This document shows, one piece after another, positions 1-6,369 of a stretch of DNA of 32,000 nucleotides. The translations under genes and the position numbers were made by a program. The DNA comes from Nanopusillaceae archaeon (GTDB lineage: Archaea; Nanobdellota; Nanobdellia; Nanobdellales; Nanobdellaceae): NCBI GenBank assembly GCA_049973735.1, contig JBMFJL010000001.1, positions 11,438 through 43,437 on the forward strand, in the 5' to 3' direction. Below the pieces are notes generated by a model. The model was not told the DNA's origin. It saw only the letters and a program-made list of their open reading frames with translations, and ran no database searches. Within the stretch, counting starts at the first letter, position 1, and each line of letters opens with the position of its first letter.

Positions 1-1823
1 AAATAGTTCAAGAACTATTTGTCAAGACTTTTATAAATGGATATATAGTAGAAAAAGAAGTAGAATTGCCATATGATCCAAACTGGAATAAATTCTTACC
101 TGATAGATTTGTAGAAGGTACATGTCCATACTGTGGATATGAAAAAGCAAGAGGAGATCAATGTGAGGCTTGTGGAAGATTATTAGATCCAAAAGATCTA
201 ATAAATCCTAAAAATGCAATTACTGGTAGCAGTGTAGTATTTAGAAAAACAAGACATCTATATTTGGATTTAACAAAACTAGAAAATTACATAAAAGAAT
301 ATGTTGAAGGCAAGAAAGGTATATTTACAGATCTGGCTGTTACAATGTCTTTGGGATGGATAAAGGAAGGACTTAGGGAAAGAAGTATAACTAGAGATTT
401 GTCTTTTGGAGTACCAGTTCCTTATAAGGAACTTTGGGAGGCACTAAAGAAAAAAATATTTAATAAATTAGACTTCGGTTCAAAAGAGAAATTTAGAGAT
501 TCTTTTATTGAGGCATTGAAGAATGAAGGTCTTATTGTGCCTGAAGAAGAGTATGTAAAAATATTGACAATTATAGAAGAAAATTGGCCAAGAGTAGATA
601 ATATATTAAATAATTATAACTATTTTGAAATATATAAAAATAAAGTTTTGTATGTTTGGTATGATGCACTAATAGGATATATATCATTTATTGCGGAAAA
701 ATTAAAAGGCGAATATTTTTATGATGATGTAAAATATGCAAAAATAGATGATTTAGCTTTGATAGAGGATAATGGAAATAAATTAATAATTAAAGTAGGA
801 GAAGATATATATAATTTAAATTATAAAATAGAAGGGAGTGTATTGTATTTATACGGAATGAGAGAGAAATTCTATAATTTAGAAAAAATATTAAAATACT
901 TGTTTGATAATAAAAAAGTTCAAAAAATAGTCTTAGATATAACATGGAAAGATTTTTGGACTAAAGGAAAGATTTATCATTTCTTAGGAAAAGACAATAT
1001 ACCATTTCACGCAGTATTCTGGCCAGCTATATTGATATCTTCTTCAAATATATCAGAGGATTATAAAGAATTATTTCCAACAACAGATCTATTAAACTTT
1101 GTATTACCGTACAATGTAATAGGTTTATCATATCTACTTTATGAGGGGAAAAAGATTAGTAAAAGTCAAAACTGGGGTGTTTTCTGCGATTCATTAATAG
1201 ATTCTAAATTGGAAAGAGATTATTGGAGATTTTACTTATCATATCTATTACCATATAATAAGGATGTTAACTTTAGGTGGGAAGAATTTAAAGAAGTTAT
1301 AAACAACGATTTGGTTAATAATATAGGTAATTTAACAAACAGAATACTATCTTTTGTATACAAATATTATAATGGAAAGATTGATGGAAAAGCAGATAAA
1401 AAGGTTATAGAAGATATAAAGAAAATATATTATGAGTATAGGAATATAATGGATAAATGTGAATTACATATCGGCCTAAGAAAAATATTGGAACTGGGAA
1501 ACTATGGAAACAAAGTATTTCAAGATAGAAAACCATGGGAAAACCCAGAAAAGAACAGAGAATTTTTAAAATCACTAATAATCTTACTAATTGTATTATA
1601 TACAATGTTATATCCATTTACTCCAGATTTTTCTAATAGATTTTTCGATATCCTAGGATATAAGGATGTATCTTTTGATACAATAAATAATATATTTAAT
1701 TCACCAGATGCTCTTTCAATTGAGATAAAAGAAAAACCATATCCTTTATTCAATAAAGTAGATGATAACTTGATAAAATCCTTAGTTGATACAGTGACCA
1801 AACCAAAGTTAACCTTTAAATAA
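1..1823 (+). CDS. metG: Methionyl-tRNA synthetase, 5'-truncated by window edge
   Basis: Frame 3 is open from the window edge (IVQELFVKTFINGYIVEKEVELPYDP...), so the gene starts upstream and the track start at 66 is only an internal TTG. Zinc knuckle CPYCG-x9-CEACG, RDLSFGVPVP, YVWYDALIGYIS, HFLGKDNIPFHAVFWPA, KMSKS-type loop KISKS, and a helical anticodon-binding C-terminus. The HIGH region is off-window. Confidence 0.9.
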   Translation, partial: IVQELFVKTFINGYIVEKEVELPYDPNWNKFLPDRFVEGTCPYCGYEKARGDQCEACGRLLDPKDLINPKNAITGSSVVFRKTRHLYLDLTKLENYIKEYVEGKKGIFTDLAVTMSLGWIKEGLRERSITRDLSFGVPVPYKELWEALKKKIFNKLDFGSKEKFRDSFIEALKNEGLIVPEEEYVKILTIIEENWPRVDNILNNYNYFEIYKNKVLYVWYDALIGYISFIAEKLKGEYFYDDVKYAKIDDLALIEDNGNKLIIKVGEDIYNLNYKIEGSVLYLYGMREKFYNLEKILKYLFDNKKVQKIVLDITWKDFWTKGKIYHFLGKDNIPFHAVFWPAILISSSNISEDYKELFPTTDLLNFVLPYNVIGLSYLLYEGKKISKSQNWGVFCDSLIDSKLERDYWRFYLSYLLPYNKDVNFRWEEFKEVINNDLVNNIGNLTNRILSFVYKYYNGKIDGKADKKVIEDIKKIYYEYRNIMDKCELHIGLRKILELGNYGNKVFQDRKPWENPEKNREFLKSLIILLIVLYTMLYPFTPDFSNRFFDILGYKDVSFDTINNIFNSPDALSIEIKEKPYPLFNKVDDNLIKSLVDTVTKPKLTFK

Positions 1824-1846
1824 TGGAACAATAAAAAATAATTATA

Positions 1847-2083
1847 ATGGATGAAGCCTTGGAAGACCCACCTCAGTGTGTCGTCACAAAGAAATTATTC
1901 TATTACATAGGACAGATTATTTCTTTTGTTGTCCTTGTGACTTTTCTTCTTCTTTCTTCTTCTTTGCCATATACAATATTTTGTAAAAAATGTTTAAAAA
2001 TCTATCATTTTTTCACAGGCAGTATGGACTACTTGTATGAGATAAAAGGATTTAAAGAGAGAATATTTATAAATACGCTTTAA
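1847..2083 (+). CDS. Doubtful small hypothetical protein (78 aa, one hydrophobic segment)
   Basis: This is the only ORF in a 325-nt gap of an otherwise gap-free genome. There are no recognisable motifs. Its hydrophobic core is encoded by a (TTC)n-like tract that reads as K/E-rich on the other strand. See the finding on the G+C island. Confidence 0.2.
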   Translation: MDEALEDPPQCVVTKKLFYYIGQIISFVVLVTFLLLSSSLPYTIFCKKCLKIYHFFTGSMDYLYEIKGFKERIFINTL

Positions 2084-2217
2084 AAGGATTATTAAAACAT
2101 ATTTTTTATAAGAGCAGGTTGTAGGAAAGAAATGTATATAAATACAAAATGATAAGAAAATGCTATAAAATCACAAAATTTATAATGATTAAAAATTTTT
2201 ATATAGAAATTTTTTAT

Positions 2218-3162
2218 ATGTCGTTTGATATAGTTGGAGATATTGCAATAATAAAGAAACCATTGATTTACTCAGAAGAAGAATATGTAAAAAAAATTTT
2301 GGAAAAGCATAAACATATAAAAACAATATTATTACAGGAAACAGAAGTTCTTCCTCCTTATAGAATACCAAAATATAAAATACTCTATGGAGAAAATAAA
2401 ACTGAGACTATTAATATTGAATATGGATTAAAATTTAAAGTAGATGTAGTTAGAATGTATTATTCTCCAAGATTGAGCAATGAAAGATTTAGAATAGCTA
2501 AAGAAGTTAAGGATGGAGAAGAAGTATTGGTTATGTTCTCTGGAGTAAATGTATATCCAATATATATTTCTAAATTTTCGAAAGCAAAGACAATATATTC
2601 TATAGAATTAAATCCTTTTGCAGTAAAATATGGCAGAGAAAATCTAAGATTAAACAAAGTAAATAATGTCATAACAATATTGGGAGATGTAAGGGAAGTA
2701 TCCCCATATATAGGATATTTAAAGGATGGAGACGGAATACTAAAAAATGATGAAGAATATATAAAGGATTTAATTGAATCTGGATTAGAAATAAATGATT
2801 TATATATACAGGAATATAAAGAATTAGTAGAAAAGATAAAATACAAGAATATAAAATATTTGAGAGATTTAGATAATTTGGAAAAATTTAATAAAAAGTT
2901 TGACAGAATAATAATGCCCTTACCAAAAGAAAGCCATAATTATCTGGATTACGCAATACCATTGATAAAAGATGGAGGGGTTATACATCTATATCAATTT
3001 TTTAAGGAAGATGAAATAGAAAGAAATGCGTATAAATTATTGGATGAATATTCAAAAAAATTCGGATTCAGTTATGAAATACTTAAAATATTAAAAGTAG
3101 GTGATATAGCTCCATCAATATATAGAGTATGTATAGATTTTACGGTAAAATTTAATTTTTAA
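2218..3162 (+). CDS. trm5: tRNA (guanine37-N1)-methyltransferase, Trm5/Taw22 (Met-10+) family
   Basis: SFDIVGDIAII, YYSPRLSNER, VLVMFSGVNVYPI (SAM-binding loop), ELNP, GDVREV and FDRIIMPLPK align with archaeal Trm5. Homology begins at the ATG at 2218. The track ORF starts at 2149, whose first 23 codons are low-complexity. Confidence 0.8.
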   Translation: MSFDIVGDIAIIKKPLIYSEEEYVKKILEKHKHIKTILLQETEVLPPYRIPKYKILYGENKTETINIEYGLKFKVDVVRMYYSPRLSNERFRIAKEVKDGEEVLVMFSGVNVYPIYISKFSKAKTIYSIELNPFAVKYGRENLRLNKVNNVITILGDVREVSPYIGYLKDGDGILKNDEEYIKDLIESGLEINDLYIQEYKELVEKIKYKNIKYLRDLDNLEKFNKKFDRIIMPLPKESHNYLDYAIPLIKDGGVIHLYQFFKEDEIERNAYKLLDEYSKKFGFSYEILKILKVGDIAPSIYRVCIDFTVKFNF

Positions 3163-3185
3163 ATTTTGATAATTAGATAGTTAAT

Positions 3186-3653
3186 ATGAGAAGCGACATA
3201 CTAACAAAATTAGTTTTTATAATGTTTGGTATTTTGATAGGAGTAATAATATTGGTATTGTTTGTTCCACCAACAGGGGTTACTGGTCTTTTTGGAGGGA
3301 AAAACGAAAACATCGTATATAGTTTTAATGTATCTGTAATGTATTTTCAGGCTAATGGCGAAATATATGCTATAATTTATAATAATGGAAATGGTGCAAT
3401 AGAGTTGGGAAATATTTCTGCCATAGCTTCCGAATATGAATATATATCTAAAGTAAGTACAGGAAATAGGTACAGTTGTAGATCAAATAGTTCTGGAACA
3501 TTATATCCACAGAATCAAACTACAATACTGTTGAATTGTGATAGTTCTCAAATTATTGTGGAAAATTTATTATCTACTAAATATTATTATGTATTTAGAT
3601 TTCAATATAATGGAAAAGATGTCGTTCAATCAACTTTAGGTACAAAAGAATAG
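3186..3653 (+). CDS. Hypothetical membrane-anchored protein; N-terminal TM helix plus beta-rich domain (possible FlaF/FlaG-like)
   Basis: N-terminal hydrophobic helix LVFIMFGILIGVIILVLFV, followed by a beta-strand-like alternating pattern (IYAIIYNNGNGAIELGNISAI), several N-x-S/T sequons and 2 Cys. Same size and architecture as ORF 7109-7498. Confidence 0.6.
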   Translation: MRSDILTKLVFIMFGILIGVIILVLFVPPTGVTGLFGGKNENIVYSFNVSVMYFQANGEIYAIIYNNGNGAIELGNISAIASEYEYISKVSTGNRYSCRSNSSGTLYPQNQTTILLNCDSSQIIVENLLSTKYYYVFRFQYNGKDVVQSTLGTKE

Positions 3654-3657
3654 ATAG

Positions 3658-3732
3658 CGGACCCGGGGGGATTCGAACCCCCGACCTACGGCTTAGAAGG
3701 CCGTCGCTCTATCCAAGCTGAGCTACGGGTCC
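3658..3732 (-). tRNA. tRNA-Arg (anticodon UCU)
   Basis: The reverse complement folds as a cloverleaf: acceptor GGACCCG/CGGGUCC, D stem GCUC/GAGC, anticodon stem ACGGC/GCCGU with loop CUUCUAA, T arm GGGGG-UUCGAAU-CCCCC, discriminator G. No encoded CCA and no intron. Confidence 0.95.
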
Positions 3733-3750
3733 TTATAGTAAATTTCTAGA

Positions 3751-3764
3751 TTTATATTTTTAAA
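3751..3764 (-). promoter_or_regulatory. TATA-like element upstream of tRNA-Arg
   Basis: The minus strand reads TTTAAAAATATAAA, spanning about -19 to -32 relative to the mature tRNA 5' G at 3732. The AT-rich background makes this weak evidence. Confidence 0.35.
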
Positions 3765-3856
3765 TAGTTTTATTTACTTGACTAAAACCGGTTTTCATTG
3801 TGGAAGAAAAATATTTTCGATAAAACAAAGTTTATTACTTTTGAATGAATTTATAT

Positions 3857-3920
3857 ATCTAAGCATGAAGATGCAAGGCATTTCTGATGAATGATGAAAC
3901 AACGATGTACAGATGTAGAT
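3857..3920 (+). ncRNA. Candidate C/D box sRNA (2'-O-methylation guide)
   Basis: AUCUA-AGC-[AUGAAGA]-12 nt-[CUGA]-UGA-[AUGAUGA]-12 nt-[CAGA]-UG-UAGAU. This gives C, D', C' and D elements with 12/3/12 spacing and a 5-bp terminal stem. The C box (A at position 5) and D box (CAGA) are non-canonical. Confidence 0.55.
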
Positions 3921-3942
3921 TTCAATGATTAAAATATTAAAG

Positions 3943-4013
3943 TGGGGTCGCGGGGATTCGAACCCCGATCCCTGGGACCCAAACCCAGGAGCCTACCACT
4001 AGCCTACGACCCC
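3943..4013 (-). tRNA. tRNA-Pro (anticodon UGG)
   Basis: Reverse complement: acceptor GGGGUCG/CGACCCC, anticodon stem CUGGG/CCCAG with loop UUUGGGU, T arm CGGGG-UUCGAAU-CCCCG, discriminator A. No encoded CCA. Confidence 0.95.
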
Positions 4014-4034
4014 TATTCATAAAAAATATTATAC

Positions 4035-4046
4035 AAAATTTAAAAG
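4035..4046. promoter_or_regulatory. Central TATA-like element shared by divergent tRNA-Pro and rpl3
   Basis: AAAATTTAAAAG with palindromic core TTTAAA (4039-4044). The core is centred at 4041.5, the exact midpoint between the tRNA 5' end (4013) and the rpl3 ATG (4070). Confidence 0.35.
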
Positions 4047-4069
4047 AGTTTTAAGGAAATAACTAGAAA

Positions 4070-5047
4070 ATGCCACAGCATGGTAGACATAGACCAAGAA
4101 GAGTAGCTATGCAATTTTGGCCCAGAGTAAGGGCTAGAAGAATTTATCCAGAAATAAAAAATTGGCCTAAAATAGATCAAATAGTTCCGGTTGCATTTGT
4201 TGGATATAAAGTTGGTATGACTCATATAATCGATACAGAAAATACTTTCATACCAGTAACAATAATAGAAACACCTCCACTAAAGGTATTTGGAATTAGA
4301 TTATATAAAAGAGATCTAAACAAAGGTAATCAAACATTGATGGACATAATATCTAATAATATTGACAAAAGATTAAAAAGAAAGATAAAAGGTATAGAAC
4401 CAAATAATGATTTGGAAAATGATTTAAATAAAGCAAAGGAATTAATAGATAAAATTTCAATAGTAAAATTGTTGGTACATACTCAACCATGGTTAACTAC
4501 ACTGGGTAAAAATAAACCGGAAGTATTAGAGATACCAGTTGGTGGAAAAGATATTAAAAAGGTTTTCGAATATTCTGTAAATTTATTAGGAAAAGAAATA
4601 AATATTTCCGATGTATTTAAGGAGGGAGAATATGTAGATACTATAGGGGTAACTAAAGGGAAAGGTTTTCAAGGTGAAGTAAAGAGATTTGGAATAAAAA
4701 TACAGCCAAGAGAACATAAAGTTGGTAAATCTGCAAGACATACACAATCTAGAGGTGCAAGAGGTATGCATAGAATATTTCCAACAACGCCAATGCCAGG
4801 TCAATATGGATTCTTTAGGAGAACAGAATATAATAAGTTAATAATAAAAATATCAAATAATGTAGAAGAAATTAATCCAAAATCTGGTTGGCCACATTAT
4901 GGTATAGTAAAGAATTCTTATGTTATACTAAAAGGATCTGTTCAAGGTCCAGCAAAGAGATTAATAGTATTGAGAAAAGCAATAAGGCCTAAGAAGGCTG
5001 GAAAGAAAATAACAATAAGTTATCTATCATTGGCCCCAAAAAATTAA
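4070..5047 (+). CDS. rpl3: 50S ribosomal protein L3 (uL3)
   Basis: N-terminus HRPRRVAMQFWPRVRA, VGYKVGMTH, GVTKGKGFQG and the overall length are typical of archaeal uL3. Confidence 0.95.
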   Translation: MPQHGRHRPRRVAMQFWPRVRARRIYPEIKNWPKIDQIVPVAFVGYKVGMTHIIDTENTFIPVTIIETPPLKVFGIRLYKRDLNKGNQTLMDIISNNIDKRLKRKIKGIEPNNDLENDLNKAKELIDKISIVKLLVHTQPWLTTLGKNKPEVLEIPVGGKDIKKVFEYSVNLLGKEINISDVFKEGEYVDTIGVTKGKGFQGEVKRFGIKIQPREHKVGKSARHTQSRGARGMHRIFPTTPMPGQYGFFRRTEYNKLIIKISNNVEEINPKSGWPHYGIVKNSYVILKGSVQGPAKRLIVLRKAIRPKKAGKKITISYLSLAPKN

Positions 5048-5073
5048 AATATAACATATAGTTATAAATAAAA

Positions 5074-5370
5074 ATGGATGTTAAGATCTATAGAGTTGAA
5101 GGGTTAATATTTAAGACAAAGATTATTAGAAGACCAAGTAAGAAAGAAGGAGTTATAACTAAAAGAAAGGTAGTATACAAATTTAGAAAGGAATTGCTAG
5201 GTATATCGGAAAAAGATGTGTTAGAAAGAATATATTCTATATTGGGAGGAAATTTTAAAGTTAAGAAAAATAGAATAAAGATCTTAAGCATAAAAGAAAT
5301 AACAGAAGATCAAATAGAAGATAAGAAACTTAAAAAGTTTATAGAGTCAATTAAGAATGGAATATATTGA
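5074..5370 (+). CDS. rplX: 50S ribosomal protein LX (eL20/L18Ae family)
   Basis: The pattern KIYRVEG..F...........FRKEL.G.SEKDVLERIYSILGGNFKVKKNRIKILSIKEI matches the archaeal LX signature (Y.V.G ... E.vYs.lGs.h.vkr..i.I..v.ei). It lies next to pfdA and aIF6, as in the conserved archaeal cluster. Confidence 0.6.
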   Translation: MDVKIYRVEGLIFKTKIIRRPSKKEGVITKRKVVYKFRKELLGISEKDVLERIYSILGGNFKVKKNRIKILSIKEITEDQIEDKKLKKFIESIKNGIY

Positions 5371-5689
5371 AGAATTAGGATACTTGTATAAAGAAAAAGA
5401 AGAAGTAGAAAAGAGAATATTAGATTATAGATTAATAAAAGAATATATACTAAATTTGAAAAAGCAAGATCTTGCATATATAAATCTAGGTGGCATGATT
5501 TTTGTTAAAGGTTCTATAATTGATGATAGTACTTTGTTGATAAATATTGGTAGAAATATTTATATAGAAAAGGATAAAAATGAAGTAATCGATTTAATAG
5601 ATAAAAACATAGATAGATTAAATCAATATCTAGAAGAAATAAACAAAAAAATTAAGGAAATTACGCAGAAAAAAACTCTTCAATCCTAA
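5357..5689 (+). CDS. pfdA: Prefoldin alpha subunit (short form)
   Basis: Coiled-coil ends flank a beta-hairpin core, YINLGGMIFVKGSIIDDSTLLINIGRNIYIEKDKNEVIDLI, which fits the alpha-type pattern vpLG.g.fv.a.i.d...vlv.iG.g.yvEk. Overlaps rplX by 14 nt. Confidence 0.6.
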   Translation: MEYIEELGYLYKEKEEVEKRILDYRLIKEYILNLKKQDLAYINLGGMIFVKGSIIDDSTLLINIGRNIYIEKDKNEVIDLIDKNIDRLNQYLEEINKKIKEITQKKTLQS

Positions 5690-6293
5690 CTATTTCGTGT
5701 CCTGTGCTATATTTGCCAACTATTAAATAGTCTTTATTTATCTCTATTCCATATCTTAAGTAAGGGCTTCCAAAATTAACAGAACCAGTTTCTACCTTAT
5801 ATCCAGTGATCTCTTTTATCTTGTTTATATTACTTTCCTTTTCCTCTTGTGAAATAAGCAATTTATTTTTGTGTACCCTAGAAATACTACCTATATAATA
5901 TTTAGATTTAATTTTGTAAGCTGGAAGTCCCAGTTTTTTTGAGATCAACTCTACATCTTCAATTTTTGCACGAGAATATATAATTCCATTTTTACCAATT
6001 AAAAAAACATTTCCAATCAAATTTTCTATTACATCTATCTCTATTAAATCAAAAAATTTTCTTAAAAGATCCTTTAATTCTTCTGGAGAATTTTTGGCTA
6101 TGATAATTTTATCCTCAAATTCAATAAAATAAGGATATACTATTGGTATATCTAATGTATAAATCTTTAAATCCAGATTTAGTTTTTTGATATTGCTTTC
6201 TATACTTTTCGAGGAAATTACAAAATCATCGAAGAGATGCATCAGTAGGCCAATCGAACCAGTTTCTATATCTTCAAATTTTTTAATTATCAT
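5661..6293 (-). CDS. eif6: Translation initiation factor 6 (aIF6/eIF6)
   Basis: About 210 aa with the repeated pentein-type pattern. The C-terminal VNFGSPYLRYGIEINKDYLIVGKYSTGHEIVRIEEFF resembles the eIF6 motif (G...vG.g...N..g.lvg..ttg.E...ie). Confidence 0.8.
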   Translation of the reverse strand: MIIKKFEDIETGSIGLLMHLFDDFVISSKSIESNIKKLNLDLKIYTLDIPIVYPYFIEFEDKIIIAKNSPEELKDLLRKFFDLIEIDVIENLIGNVFLIGKNGIIYSRAKIEDVELISKKLGLPAYKIKSKYYIGSISRVHKNKLLISQEEKESNINKIKEITGYKVETGSVNFGSPYLRYGIEINKDYLIVGKYSTGHEIVRIEEFFSA

Positions 6294-6369
6294 AATATTG
6301 TATGGATTAACAACAATGATTATAAATATTTAAACATTGCTTATATATATTGATGTACTCTATTATTAT

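Noticed and set aside
426-944. Inteins or mobile insertions as an explanation for the extra segments in MetRS (and likewise TyrRS and Trm5)
   Set aside because: The inserts are only about 50-80 aa. They lack the intein N-terminal Cys/Ser and the C-terminal His-Asn plus nucleophile, and they have no endonuclease motifs. They look like in-frame lineage-specific expansions.
1405-1831. Two minus-strand ORFs (70 and 103 aa)
   Set aside because: Both are antisense to the 3' part of metG, whose frame has strong homology support. Shadow ORFs.
1852-1895. Possible H/ACA or C/D sRNA in the G+C island
   Set aside because: A 5-bp stem (GAUGA/UCGUC) followed by ACA exists. However, the hairpin is only about 40 nt, with no pseudouridylation pocket or k-turn. 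No properly spaced C/D/C'/D' boxes occur on either strand.
1917-1970. 17-codon K/E-rich minus-strand ORF (MAKKKKEEEKSQGQQKK)
   Set aside because: Too short and low-complexity to call as a gene. It resembles no small ribosomal protein I recognise. It is retained only as part of the ambiguous-unit finding.
2460-2846. 128-aa ORF on the - strand
   Set aside because: Antisense to trm5, with low-complexity S/F/I-rich translation and no motifs. Shadow ORF.
3784-3795. Perfect 12-nt palindrome AAAACCGGTTTT (ACCGGT also recurs at about 9943 in another spacer)
   Set aside because: Only two occurrences, with no conserved flanks. It could be a bidirectional T-run terminator or chance, and there is not enough evidence for a regulatory site.
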